From Chlorokybus atmophyticus (taxonomy: Eukaryota; Plantae; Mesostigma and Chlorokybus algae), in the NCBI GenBank assembly GCA_009103225.1, contig RHPI01003389.1, positions 663,162 through 727,161 of the forward strand: 64,000 nucleotides of DNA, written 5' to 3'. Below are positions 22,170 through 36,558 of this stretch, piece after piece. A model generated the notes under the pieces. That model was not told the origin of the DNA and did no database searches. It saw only the letters and a list, made by a program, of their open reading frames with translations. Positions within the stretch are counted from its first letter, which is position 1. Each line of letters starts with the position of its first letter. The position numbers and the translations under genes are program-made.

Positions 22170-24560
22170 CTCTCTCCTTGCGCACCTGTGCACACGCATG
22201 CATCCGCTGAGTTGTGTGTCCATGTGCATACAGAGGCGCCAGCAAATTCCATTAAGCACATACTTGTATGCGGTGGTGAGGTCATGGTAGATAGCTATCT
22301 ACCATGACCTCACCACCGGCCTCATTATGTAACACACACACAAGTGCGCGCGTGTGCGCACGCACGCTCACAACGCTTTATTTACACATACACCACTCTC
22401 TACTTCACCTATCCCTCTTCTTCGCCCCCTTCCCCCACCCCGCAGAAGCAGAGTCCTGTCCTCCACGACACCTCAGCCCCTCCTCCTAGCCCTGTCCTCC
22501 ACGCTCCCCGCCCCAATGTCACCTTTTCCACCATCAGAGCAACCGCGCTCAAGAATGCGCTCTACATTGGGTGGAAGTGAGGGGCAGAGTAAGAGCGCGC
22601 GCACGCACGTGTGTGCGCATGCGCACGCGCGTGCGTGTTTCAAGATAAAAATGCACCACCCCTCTTGACAGTGTTCGCGATTGGCACCAGCACAGTATGC
22701 GCTGTGAACAAACCGAAGCGCGTGTGTGCGTGCATGCGGACTGTATCCCCCCCCCCCCCTCTGTTCGTGGTTCCCGCTGCACCGTCCGGGATGTTGCTGA
22801 GGAGGCTGGTGTTGACAGCGATCAAAGCCATTGAGGTGAGGAACACCACGTGAACAAAAGTAAATATTTTGCATGCACGGTTAAGCGCGCGCGCTTTAGT
22901 TTGCAGCCTGCACTGCACAGATGTATATGTCTATGTTACCTGTCTCGTAGGTAGTCAATACTCACAGCATGATTCGATCGCGCTCAGTCACATTCACACG
23001 CACACTCACGTCTGCAAGCACACAGCATGTACATCCATACAAATGCACATGTACGTATCATTGATTAAGCCGTACATCACCCGTGACACGCTATTCACCT
23101 GTCTTAGATACATAACCATCACGCACATGAGCGCGCCTGCATGCAGTCAGCCCACATATGCCAACCAAACGCTTCAAGTGTAAAGCCCACACATCAGCAT
23201 GCATGCTAATGCTTCGCTCACCGATACATGCACGCAGTCCCCCCCCCCCCCCCCCCATCTAGCATGGACTCTGGGCNTGCATGCACACAAACGCACTTGC
23301 TGTAGAGGGGCGACAGCAGATGGTCTCTGTTACCATTTGAGATAAATTGTGACAGACCTCACTCATCGCAGCGTCTTTTGCTACTATAGCCTAGTTATTC
23401 GGAGCCCACTTGTTACAGTCTCCACCAGCACAACGCCAAGGTAGAGTGACACGCACACGCGCACATATAGCTCGTACAGTCCTTCATTGTCGCTCGCATA
23501 TTCTACGCGCACACATACACTTGTGCAAGCATCAGCACGTAGCCACGCTTCTGCATGCACAGTGATATGTGGGCATGCGGACAACTGAGTGCCTGCACGC
23601 AAACATGCATTGAGGACATGCAAGCACATGCACGCTTCGTGCAAGCACACACGCACCAGCATGCATCTGCACACATGGTGCAGGTCTTCTTTTGCTGCCG
23701 TCTCTGTTAACAACGCCACTGGAAGCGTGCATATGCATGTGTGTGTGTAACTTCTAGGCTGAGCCCGTAAGTTATAGACACACAAGCATATACACGCTGT
23801 GGTGGCTTGACGGAGGGTCCTCGAAGCTTGGCCTCTCCCGACCGCACGCAACAACACTGCAATGACTATGAGGCCTTCATGACCTCGTGCAAGTGCGTGC
23901 GCACATATGCATCTGGGTATGCGCGTGCCGGTGTGCAAGGAGTTTTGAGGACATGATGCTCTTCTACACCTGCGTTACACCGTTCATGAGCAGCCCTTTG
24001 GCTTAGCCACCACCTCCACCTACATCCTCGCATGTGCATGCTCTCTCTATCTCATTCGCTCCTTCCCTCCATGCGCGCCCTAAGCGCATGCGCGCGCTTG
24101 TGTCTGCGTTGAGTTGTGTGTCTGTGCATACAGAGGCCCAGCTGATGCAATTGAAATTCGGCACATTCATGTATGCCATCTACCATGATCTCACCACCGG
24201 CACCACTAGGTATAACACATGCATACGCACGCACGCACGCACGCACGCACGCACACAACGCTCTCCACTTGCCCATACACCATTCTCTACTCCCCTCCCC
24301 CCCCACCCCACCCCACCTCTCCCCGTGCTTCCCNNNNNNNNNNNNNNNNNNNNNNNNNNNNNNNNNNNNNNNNNNNNNNNNNNNNNNNNNNNNNNNNGCT
24401 TTCACTCTGCCCCCCCCCCTATCTTACCTTCCACTGTTACGGCGGCCTCTTAGACTTGCGCTCTACATTGGGCGAAGGTGAGGGGCAGAGTGAAAGCGCG
24501 CGCATGTATGTGTGCGCATGCGTGCACGCGCGCTGGGCCGGTGCATGCATGCATGAATTG
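22170..24560 (+). repeat. Two diverged copies of a ~450-bp repeat (~22170-22620 and ~24080-24560) embedded in microsatellites
   Basis: Shared tgagttgtgtgtc..tgtgcatacagaggc, atctaccatga.ctcaccaccggc and gcgctctacattggg..gaag.tgaggggcagagt. The second copy contains an N gap. Confidence 0.8.
22271..22318. repeat. Perfect 48-bp palindrome
   Basis: cggtggtgaggtcatggtagatag|ctatctaccatgacctcaccaccg. Confidence 0.95.
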
Positions 24561-25664
24561 CCGCACATGTGTTGTTTGCGCTAGTACACATGCTGTCATG
24601 CCAACTACCCTCGCATGCCAGTCTTCCTCGAGCATGCCAACATCCAGCCCTAAGCCCGGGCTACCAGCATGAAGACCGCGCGCGCCCCAGCCTACTGCAA
24701 GCTGTTTTGTACTTCATGTAGCATGTAGCTAGGGCTACTCTATAAACCTCTCTGTAGGAACCGCGCGTAGCTGATTAGTTAGGAATCTGTTATCAGCTCA
24801 TGTATTATATCGAGTCTTAGGGGATTCCCGTAGTATCATACGGCCTCGATGTGACCGTTGGCCTACTGCCCGCGTGGCACTGCACAGTCATGGATTGACA
24901 TGTATACGTAGGAAGTCACGTCACTATACTCGCTGGTGACACGGTGAGTGAGTACTAGGAGTAAAGACTCCAACTTTAAAAGCTTGTGAAGCGACTTGAA
25001 CTGAAAGCACACCGTCCCGGTTGCCAAGGACTGCCTTACTGCGTGAGACACAATGTATGCTCTTATGCGCTGTGCTTGTCATTGCTGCGAGCTTGGCGGT
25101 GGTGTGTTTGCTGCATCAGCCAAGACATAGCATCCCTGAGTTGCTTGTTCATTTACCTCACTCAACAGTGTAGCACATCATTCACTCATGCAAAGAATTG
25201 TGTATACATCAGTACCTATTGTAGTAGCTTGTTGACTGTGTGTATTACAGCACAATAGGTACAGTAAGGAGGAGAGCGTCACCAGCTCCACTACTGGTCA
25301 GATCCTCACATAGGTTCATCCCTAAGCCTATGCATATGTCTGGGGGGTGTCTTTGTTTGTGTTGCTCTCATGCTGCGCGTAGCACCAGCATGCCCACGGC
25401 ATGGGCGCTCGTCTGCAGTGTGCTCAAGACGGCGTGACCCTCGACTATGGCAGGCACGACAATGCGCTGCATTCAGCATGTTCATGCATGTGTTATGCAA
25501 GCGGGGGCCATGTTGGTCATTGAAGAACAACATCAGTATCAACGACAGCGGTAATGCGTTGGGTTCTGCTGTGCCACTACCACCGGGCAGTTGCGCTTGG
25601 CCTCTACACTGACCACCAAGAGCACCACTCTCATCGGCAGAGACCCCCGTCATGGTATGATCTG

Positions 25665-26115
<451 letters not shown>

Positions 26116-27107
26116 NGTCTCTGTCTGCTTCCTCCCTTTCACTAGCTGTTGTTGCTTGCAGGCAGTGAAGCTGTATGGTGCTAACAGGTGTTGTCAGCAA
26201 TGCGTTGGCCATAACATAATACACTGGGCCTAAGCTGGCAAAGCGCAGGTATATATAATATCCTCATTTATGTTGACATCGTGTTGGGATAGTCATGCAT
26301 GTTCATGGGCACATGCCATGAGCACATGCCAGAGTCTGTGCGCGTGCGTGCGCCTGCCTGCAATTGAGCACGTGCGCAAGCACGTTTGCACCGGTAATTT
26401 TAAGCCCCCCCGATTCCTGAATTTTCAGACTGTTTGGTCTGAATAGTCAACAAAAACAGGGGTGAATAGCATAGAATACGGCGTCCCTAGCTCCTGCCTG
26501 TCAGGGTGAATATTCAGACTGTTTGGTCTGAAAGGTGTTAAAGCCTGTTCAATGTAATTGTCGGTGAATATCCCTGTGGCAATTAGATTGCACACTAGTC
26601 CTATATGTGGGGCATTTATTCACTTGCAGTGGAGCTGTACATTCCACCTGTATGGTGTAGTGCTGTGACCATCACATGTACTACACCACCACTTACAGTC
26701 ACCCAAAACTTTCACTTGCAGCAGAGTTGAATATTCACCCTGTATGGTGTGGTGCTGCAACTGTACTACACCACTGAATATGCACGCATGTATTGTTTGA
26801 ATACTCATAGTAATCTAGCCTGCACACTAAGTCCTACATGTGAGTAGTTATTTAATGGCAATGAAGTTGAACAATGGTAAGCTGCTGTTTTACGACCGTC
26901 AATGTTACTATGAATGTTCAAGTGATATTAAGTAGAACAAGACCGATATATGCAGTGCTACTAAAAATATTCACAGCAGTCCGTCCAGCCAGCCCAGCAA
27001 TGTCAGCTGAATGGCAGTCGACTTACAATAACACATTCAATGCTGTCTACAACGTATGTCTGCTACCCAGAGCTGCACTTGCAGGTGGAAATCTCCTGCG
27101 GCAATAT

Positions 27108-30100
27108 CTACTTCCTGCTGCGCCCCCGACCACCCCAACTCCCCTTCCCACGGCCTCTCCCCCGCGGTGTGGATGTGCCTTCCTTTGCTGGCAGCTCCCT
27201 CACCTTGATGGTCTTTATCAACCTAGTAGGCCAAAGTAGCAACAACCCCGCCTCGCACTCTTCACATGCATTAACCACACATGAATACGTCAGACGCAGT
27301 GTGTTGTCATAACGCACGCACAGTCAACACGCAATCATCGTTCACCTCTCAAGTGGGTCGCTTGCACTCCAACCCCATCACGCTTGAAGCTGGTTGGCAA
27401 AGGCACAACCTCTTCTTCCCCTGCACCAGGACGTCTGATCCTAGTGATGTGAAGACTGCGGCTAAACTGGACCACCATGTTACCCTCTCAAATCTGCTTG
27501 CCATAAAACTTGTTGACGGGCTTGATGTCGCTTACGTGCGCCTCCCCTACTGGCTCCTTGCGCCCATCGATGAACAATTTGACTTCATCACCAACCTTCA
27601 TCGTCGGTGCAGTGTCATCCTTGTCGCTCAGGTCTTCCTGCGCATGCAAGTGACAAACACATCAACTGGCAGACACATACACAGATGCACTCTCCTACAT
27701 AACGCTTGCAAAAAAAAACTGCCTTTTGGGAGTCGTTGTCGCTGTCGTTGGGGCTGTTTGCATCGTCCTTAGCGCCATCTTCATCGTTAGCGTCGCTTTT
27801 ATCTGTCTCGGATACTTTTGAATACGATGGCTCATCCTGTGCAACCAGGTGGCACGCCGCGTTATCAAGCTTACAATTGATAGGCATGCATGCGAGTCTG
27901 CTGCAGTGACAGCTTTTCTGCAACCAGAAGGACTCAAGAAGCCTATAAGCGCACATAGATGGTCCTTCATACCTCCTTTTGCTTGCCCCTCTTTTGATCC
28001 AACATCTTCTCCTGCTTGCCAGGCGAGGGGCCTGCCTCTTTAGACTTGTAGGGAGCCGGAATTGAGCGATCAGTCTTTGCTTTCGTTTGGGGGCTTGACA
28101 CCTCAGTCTCCTGCTAACAGCATACACATTAGATTGTAAGCCACAACGTAATGCTATGCCATTCATTGTGAAACAGAGTGGTGCGTACATCACCAGACAC
28201 TTTGCGCTTCCCTTGCCCTCTGCCTTCCTTTTCTTTCATGAGCTCCATGACATTCGCGGCGTCCTGTGTCTACATGTGGTGCGGTTTCTGTTGCAAAAAA
28301 TTGATATGCTTGTTAGATACTTGCTCCAGTCGTTATTGCATACCTTAAGTGCTGAGCTGGTATTACGCACATCAGCATCCTGTTTGGCAGGTGCCTGAAC
28401 ACAACAGTCATGATGACATGTAAAGGAGAGTACAAGCATTTGGCTGCTCGTGTAATGATGACAGACATCTAACCAATGAACCAGTAGCGGGTGACCTTGT
28501 GGGTTGTGGCGCAGTGCCTTCCTTGTTACCTACCGCACGCACAAGGCATTGATCAGAACAGTGTATACACAGAACCTCCCGCAGCGGCCCGCGCGCGCAA
28601 AACATGGCTCACGCTGCGAGGTGACATGTCGGTCGTCGCTGACGTTGCTGGCGGGAGGTGAACGCGTGGGCGCCGTGCATGCACAAGGGACTATCATACA
28701 CACCTCACACCCTGCATACATAAGGCACCATTAAACACAAAGCGTTTCGTTCTCAACATAGTCATTTACCAAACCGTAGCTCACCCTATGAGGTGGCATT
28801 CTCGACGTCGCTGGCAGAGTGGTGCAGCGAGGAGCTATCTCTTGCCTTTGACTTGTCTTTGACCTGCAATTATGCATGGCAAAGGCACTTAAGACATGCA
28901 AACATTGCACAGACAACTCAGTCACTGCATGGCACACACCTTGTTGTTCTTGTCCCTGCGCGCTCCCTTGCGCTTTCGCGCAAACCCCCCTGCTTCAGCG
29001 CGCTCTATCATCTCCTTGTAACGTTCCCTACTCTTATGTCTCTGCCTTTCTTTGTGCTTGGCGTTGGTATATGCCTTTTTGTTGGTAAGAAAGTCCTGAA
29101 TTATCATTATCATTATCGTTTTGGCCTGCACCAGGCCCAGAGTGGTGATTGCCACCGAATGCAAAATCCTTCAAGCTTAAACAATGTTGCATAACAGCTG
29201 GTGACACTCTCACAACCTTGCCAACCTTTTCATGACGGAACTCTGGATGAAGTAGATGCCAGCATGTAACTGCAAGAGCAAACTTAAGTGGGTCCTGCTT
29301 CGTATGAGTCTTCCCCGGTAGCAAACGACAGTACTCATAGCAAATCCGGCCCTTGTCCGCCAGCTTTGTAATATCGCGGCGATCACTGGTATGATGCTGG
29401 CCACGCCAATAAAGGACCTTTAGTGCCTGCACAGTGCAAGTATTGCATACTAGAGCTCTGTTACAACAATATCAACAGTGTGAGTTGCTTGTGCAAACCT
29501 CAGAAATCAAGACAGATTTCGGCAGCACATGCTGATATCGACAGTGGTTGCTTGCACATCATTGTAAGCTCACTTTCAAGGGCATCATTGCTGTGGTCTC
29601 AAGGTCGCGGAGGTGAGCCGTCTCCTCAGATTTTTCCCACTCATGCTGGAGCTGCTCATCTGATGGTGCACCAGCACTTTTGCCCCAGATCTCATCGTCC
29701 AAGTTTTCCCAGCCTCCACTCATGTCGCTAGACCGCCCACCAGACGTCGTGCCTGACATGACCACTGCTCCACCTGTGTATTGAGTAGGTCAAACTAGTG
29801 GGTCGAACTGCTTGTCAAGCTGTGCACAACCGCAACACTGTTCAACCAGATACCCTTAACATCAAACCCAGCCCCGTACAGACCCATAGCAACGCTACCG
29901 GCACCACAAAAGATATCCAATGCGCGTGGCCTGTAACGTCTACCGCTTGAGTCGCATGGTGTGCGAGTTACGAGAAGGGGTGGTGGCCTGGGCCAACGAT
30001 CGAGCTCGCGACCAGGCAAGTCTTGCAGTCTCAGACAGCTTTGACCACCAACTCGAACCATCACTGCAACGACATCTTGCATGCTGTAACCCTCACGCAC

Positions 30101-30897
30101 AGCTGCTTTTTTCCAGTTTTTCAACAAGATGTGGTGCAGCCGCGGGTCCTTATCGTAATCGTCGTGCTCGATGGTATTTCCTGAGCCACATGTTTTACTG
30201 AGCCAGTGCTTGCGTGAACACGCGCACGTACATCACATACTCTGCATTATTTGGACACATGTACCTGTGTTGGCATTGAAAGTAATGATGCGGCCTGCAT
30301 ACCAGGTGCTCATTCTAGGCCAGTATACCACGACGCGGCTTGCTACCAAAGACTGCCCCTCATCAACAATCTCCTTTCGCCACGCAGTTATTATCGCGGT
30401 ATCGTCAACTGCGTCAACTACTGCTACATTCCCCTTCAACATTGAAAAGTGAGTTGCTTACGTATGAGAGCGCTGTTTGTGCGCCAAAACAGGACAGTTC
30501 AACTCACTTTGTTGTTGTGATCATGTTAAACTGTGGACTTGCCGCGACCGTTGCGCGCGAGCTGACGTCGCACCACATCACACTCCTGCCCATCCTGATA
30601 TGCTCAAGGCTGGGCCCAAGGCAGGTGATCCATGAGCTCGCCGTCCCACTCAAACTTAGAGAGCGAGCATTGCAGGCAAGTGCATTCCTCGACAAAGAAG
30701 TCTGGCTTTATGCATTTTGCTAGAAGCCTGCACTGCCTCACATTATCTCCACGGGCCTTATGGTGCCAGCAGGCTTCATAGAAGCCATACTGCTCACTGT
30801 ACAGCTTGCACTTCTCTTCATGCTGTTGCAGCCGTTTCAAGTTGCCGTTTCTAACTAAGTATGCTCTGCAGAAACTGCACACCTTGACGCCGCACAT
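27108..30897 (-). pseudogene. Spliced TnpA-like gene of the En/Spm element: Cys/His-rich N-terminus, Tudor domain, C5-methyltransferase motif I, C-terminal Tnp1/DUF8039-like domain
   Basis: CSFC...CWHH (30897-30740). GQSLVASRVVVYWPRMSTWYAGRIITFNANTG|NTIEHDDYD (Tudor, ~30370-30150). RALDIFCGAGSVAMGLYGAGFDVKG (29926-29854). KVGDEVKLFIDGRKEPVGEAHV...FYGKQI*EGNMVVQF...PLP and GLLLLWPTRLIK (27640-27190). Several in-frame stops. Confidence 0.7.
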
Positions 30898-31236
30898 GCT
30901 GCCGCCACGCAAACTACCATTCAAACCCTAGTAGCTGATGCACTTCACGGAAGAAAAACTGGAGCACGTACGCAAACTACAGAGCACATCCGGATTGAAG
31001 CCGCGGCTTATATTGAATCTGGCTTTCAGTTTAGGATTGACGGTTCCAAACCCTAATTCTACAACAGCGATGCTAGAGCGGCGGCGAAGGCGGCGGTATC
31101 AGCGGCGGCGGCGGCGGTATCAGGTCAGGGCTCTAGATAGTTTGGTGGTTGTATGCCAGGATAATAGTTGACTAAACATCTTTGTAGCATGAGCTACAAT
31201 CGTAGGTGTTTCTGCGAAGATTGCTAAGGGAGCAAA

Positions 31237-34200
31237 GTGTTCACACACAAGCACATCACTAGGGCCAAAAACCATGAGTACCATCGCACAAGGATGTGGA
31301 TGGGCACTCCTAAAGCTGTTGAACCGCAATACCGTGATCTTCTCGAACCCGATGAACTTGAAGAAGCTGACGCTGTTATTGCTGCTGCATCCTCGCACAT
31401 GCTGTCAGGTACAAGAGTAATCTTCCTGAGTTGGTGTACTTCATCAACAGGCTGTCTGATTACCAAGCTTGCCTGCTTCAGATGATGCTGTCCATCACAC
31501 TGAAACACTTCATGCATGGAACTACGCTGCTGAACAACTGCACCGAGCCACGCCATTGCAAACGAGTGTTGCATCTCATGTCAATGTTGCACATTACATG
31601 CGCCCAGCAGGTACGACCCAATCTAATTGCAAGTTGATTGCTTACGTCATTGTCCATGTGCCAGTGCATTTATTCGCATTGACAGGATGTCATTCGTGTG
31701 ATCATGGGGAACAGAGCGAATTGCACCCAGCATTCTCTGGAAGTGAGCATTCTGTATCGCGAGGATATCAAGGTGCCAAAACTCCAGAATACACAGTTCC
31801 GCACGAGCATGATATGCCAGCGCACTCCCCCTCAACCGCTAATGAAGTACATGCGGAGCAAGTTGATAGTGATGGTGATGGCGTAGACCAAGACTCCGAT
31901 ACCGATGTGGAGTCGCTGCAGTATGACACTCATGGTGATGACGATGCAATGTTGCTTGACAAGGTGAATGCTGCGCTGTTGGACAATGTAAGCAACCCTA
32001 TCGTTGCCGGCTCTCGTACAACCCCTTTGAACATTTCCATGCTGCTATTGGTTCTCGCTCAGCTACATCGAATACCCTTCAACTTCATGAACAAACTGCT
32101 AAGGTTGGTGGGCAAGAGGTTTGCAAAATTATATAACACACATTCTGCAAAGACATCAATGTCCAATTTCCAATTGAACCTGACTTTATGTGCCAGGTTG
32201 GGCGTGATGTTGTTTTGTCCAAGGAGAATCAGATGCCAGGCAGCATGCAAGAGCTACTGAAATGCCTTGCAAGCCTCAACATGGGCTTCCACGCGTATGA
32301 CGCCTGTTGGTGTGATCACATGGTGTATTATGGCCGACATGCCAACAGGAAATTTTGCAAAGGTCAGCTATTGTAGCATTTCTTGTGTGATTGAGTTGTC
32401 ATGGGATCACCTGTCAGCATGCAAACTACCTATGGCCTGCAGTCTGCAAGGCTCCTCGCCACCGCAACATTGGAGGCCGACAAGTTCCTTGGAAGATTGC
32501 ACGTTACTTTGACGTGCCTGCTGCTGTGAGGTCTCTTTACCAAAAGCCTAGTGTCGCTTTGGAGATGACAGCGCACACCAATCGCAGTGAGGATGGGGTT
32601 ATACGATCCATACACGATATGTATATGGCAGTGTGGATTGACTAGTTGATGCCCAATGCAGCCTGAATTCTTATATGTTTACTATTATTCATGTGGTTGC
32701 TGCTGTCAGACTCGCCAATGTTCAAGCATACAGAAGAACGCTACATCCGGTTTATTAAAGAACCGCGTAATGTGCGGCTGGCAATGTTTATTGACGGGAT
32801 GAGCCCTTTCAAAGATCCGCACAAAGGTAGTGATTGTGCCTTTTACCTGTGCTGTCATTGCAGTGTGTAAATTCACAGTAGGCAGTGATCGAGGTGTTTG
32901 TGGACTTGCAGGGAATTATGAATTATGAATTTTGGCTTGTCACAATCTCTGTGCTGAACCTGCCCATTGCCAAAATGCACAAGATCGACACTACCTTTCT
33001 AGCTGCGGTGATACTTGGTCCCAAACAGCCAGAGAATCTACAGGCCTATCCCAAGCCAATCATTGACCAGTTGGGAACCCTTTGGGAAGGTATGGTTTCA
33101 ATGTAGTTGAAACAAGCCAGCTCTTGATATATTAGACATGCTCTCAAATTGCTCTGGACTGGAATGTGTAGGGCATCTCAGCTGCCGGTGTTTGTTGTAG
33201 GCATCGACATATATGACGGTTACCGCGACGAAGTTTTCCGGTGCAGATCTATCTTGAAGATTGTAATCCATGATTACCCATGTACGCAAGCAGCAAGTGT
33301 TGGCCATCAGTGTCTATGAATGTACTATCTGACTGGTATGGCAACCATGTTTGCCTTCTCTAAAACATGTAATGATGGTTGCGCAGCTCTGGCAAAAGCC
33401 GCCATGCAGATGGCTCATGGAGCCATCTTTGGCTGTTCCAAATGCGAGTGCAGTGGAGAACATGTGGAACTCCTCAAAAAGGTGATTTATCAAGGCTACC
33501 GCCGGTACTTACCAGATGACCATCCCTACCGAGTTGATGAGCGTTGGCCCCAACCAGAACACAGACCTCCACCTCCCATGCGGACTGCAGAAAGTGTGTA
33601 CCGGTGAGCAACCAATCAATTGACATAGCTGAACGTAGCTATGTCAATCAAGCTTCACCAATGGATGCCATGTGATCAGGTACGCCATGACATCCCGCAA
33701 CAGCAAGCGACCACTTCACTCCAAGAAACATCCATCAAAGTCCTCCGGAATCCTTAGCCTAAGCTGTTTTCACGACCTTCCCTATTTGATGCCTTTACAG
33801 AAATCTGTAAAAGGTCATGTGATTGGCCCTATGCACATTTTTGCCAATCTCGCAACCAATTTGGCCAATCTGCTTGCTGGATTGCGCGACAGCAATGAGG
33901 CTCGAGAAGACCTGCAGCAGCAAGGTCGTATGCCAAAACTCCGGCTACAGGTATTGCAGGCTTATGCGACACTTGTGATGACTGCCTGCCAACTCGTGTG
34001 ACTTTGTGATGATGCGTTGCAGACAGAGATGATGGCGAAAGACGGAAAGGAAGTTGCAGTTAAGGTCAAACCTCAGGCTTCATGGGCAATCACGGATGCA
34101 GGGCTGGTTGAGCAATTACTCTCAGGCGTGAGGGTTCCAAGCACTTTCGGCTCCAAGCTGCAATCTTTCACCAAGCATTTAGGTGAGACAACCACCATGG

Positions 34201-35800
34201 TCCTCAACTGCGTGCAAATCAACTCAGTGTCCTTGCATTGCACATTGTGTCTATTTTTAACAATCTGATGTGATGAGCACACAGGCTCGATGAAATCGCA
34301 CGACAAGCACAACTTGTGGTCCGTGATTTTTCAGTACGTGCTGCGCTCTGCTCGTGACATTGGAGAAGATCAGAAGAAAACAATCCTCAAACTCTGCAAC
34401 ATCTATCAGCGGCTGACTGCATTGGAAGTGAAGCAGTCACACCTTGAAAAACTGCAGGTTTGGGCTTTAACTATACCTTCCATGTGTATGCTTAGCTTCT
34501 GCAGGTTGCATGACTTGCATTATTCATTGCAGGTGCTGGTGCATGAGGCACAGAATGAGGTGGAGCTGTTGTTCCCGCGGACTTCGCTCACAATGATGCT
34601 GCACCTCCTTGGCCATCTACCAGAGCAATGCATGTGGCTTGGTCCGGTGCGTGATCACTGGGAGTGGGCCGACGAACGATTCATGCAGTGGGTGAAGCGC
34701 ATGATTTTTGCCAGGCAGCATGTGGAAGCAAGCATCTGCAAAAGGCAAGTCTGGGCCAACTAAAAGTTGCATGCAACCTTTTTCGTACTCTCGTTCTTTG
34801 ACTTGTGTTAGCTGCAAGTTATGTCTGCAGATACTCCATCCAGCTCATGTTGAACACTTACATGGACACCTTAAAGAGGCTTTTCTTCGGCATCAGTCTG
34901 CGATCGGGCAAGGAGCGAGATGATGATGACTATGTCCTTTGCGGGCGCAGACACCGTGTTGAGTGTGAGAAAGATAGCAAGATCAGGCAGGAGCTGGAGT
35001 GGTGGTTGGCCGAAAATGACGATGAGTACAGGCAGCTAAAAGAGTAAGTTGCTTTAGCAATCGTTGTTTGGTACGCAATGTCCCCTGCACATTGTGACTC
35101 CACAATGGGTTGGTAAACAGAGAATTCAGTCGGGCTGTTCAAAAACGGCGGAAGACATGTGAAAGGGCCCAAGCACAAGGGAATCTCGTGGCCAGTGACA
35201 TGGAGCACATGACTGAGCTGCATCATTGGCGTGGACCTGATAAGGAGCTTACAAAACACGAGATGGAGCTGTTGAGTGGTCCCATTTTTCCAAAGTACAT
35301 CATAAGGTACTACAGAGCGCGCTACAAGGACATTGGCCAGTTTAGAGCAGAGGACACTGAGAAGAAGCTCCGCACTATGGACTGCGGAGTGGTTACCGTT
35401 GGGCGTGACTCAAATGACCCAACCAAGAAGATCCACTAGTATGGCAGGGTGCGATCTTTTGATGTTGTCGTGGTAGCCGGTTGGGAGCACCAGCTCCTCA
35501 GAGCGAGGTGGTACATGAGCAACCAGGTGCAGCACATGGGAGGCTTTGCAATCCTGAGGAAAGACAAGCCCCGCTTTGCAGAACAAACCTACCTTGATTG
35601 CAACCTAGTAAGTAGGTGTGTTGCAGCGGTTTTTACGAGTTGATGGTCGAGTGAGATTGGGTGATACATGTCCTTGCTGGCAGGTCAAGGGCCAGTGGTT
35701 TGAGGGTATTGACCCGTATGACACCAAAATAACAGTAGCGCTTGTCAAAGATCAGCGAAGCCTCATGTGCCGAGGTGTGCACCGCGACACTCCGGTGAGA
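31237..35800 (+). pseudogene. En/Spm TnpD transposase (Transposase_21 + DUF4218 + DUF4216-like), multi-exon, partly degenerate
   Basis: MPGSMQELLKCLASLNMGFHAYDAC, IARYFDVPAAVRSLY, EPRNVRLAMFIDGMSPF, NLPIAKMHK..ILGPKQP, VIHDYP, YRRYLPDDHPYR, PMHIFAN, MKSHDKH, GPVRDHWEWADERFM, KGQWFEGIDPY. Catalytic D/D/E positions are recognisable. Confidence 0.93.
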
Positions 35801-36021
35801 GCAGACTTATTTGTGAGAATCTGGGTGTCCTCATAGTTCCCGGGTCTTGGCATCACATACAACCATCTTGTGTACATGCATATGGTGCAGGGTGACCACA
35901 GCGAAACCAACAGCGCTTCGAGCGAGGTGTCATGGACCACACGCCGTGACTGGCATTTTGAGTATATGAGGTACTCTTTGCTATTGTGATGCTGCATATA
36001 CCTATTGTTGTGTGACTGCAG

Positions 36022-36558
36022 ATCTGGGCACCTAACTTTGGTTTGCATGATGAGACCGGGGCTAGAGCTGGATGCATTGGAGAATCGTGAACACGAAGAC
36101 TATTGCTTTGTCTGCAAGGATGGCGGTAACATATTCGGCTGTGATGCAGAAGGCTGCTGGAAGAGCTACCACGCACGCTGCGTCACTGTACCACCTGTGG
36201 AAGATGACCATTGGGAATGCCCAAGGCACAAGTAAGCTTCAGTATCTAGTGAATGCATGGTGTCTGAAGTCGACAAGTCTCAAAATGATCACTGAAACGC
36301 AGGTGCCATGTGCACAGATACAATGAACCAGCTCGACAAGTGTGCGCGACATGCCCAAACAGCCTCTGTCAACGTCATGCTGTTGGTAACATCTTTGCGG
36401 TCACATGCTCGCAATGCGCTGCGTACGAAGAAGGTGGGACTCCGGCACAGCTTCCAAGGGATAGCCTCGCGCGTCGTTCTCTGCCGGGCAGCAGCGGTAG
36501 GGTTTCACAACCACCGACTGAGAGCGTGGGTAAAAGATTTGTTCAAGAGTGCGGGGAT
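36022..36558 (+). CDS. PHD finger plus partial C5HCH finger (NSD/NERD type) in the En/Spm TnpD gene
   Basis: EDYCFVCKDGGNIFGCDAEGCWKSYHARC...WECPRH (exon 36022-36231), spliced to CATCPNSLCQRH (exon from 36318). Interrupted at 36558 by the nested element. Confidence 0.88.

Noticed and set aside
28400-29930. A complete DNA methyltransferase gene
   Set aside because: Only the motif I region is present. No PC, ENV or QxRxR motifs were found, and the phase-consistent splice leads into non-MTase sequence.
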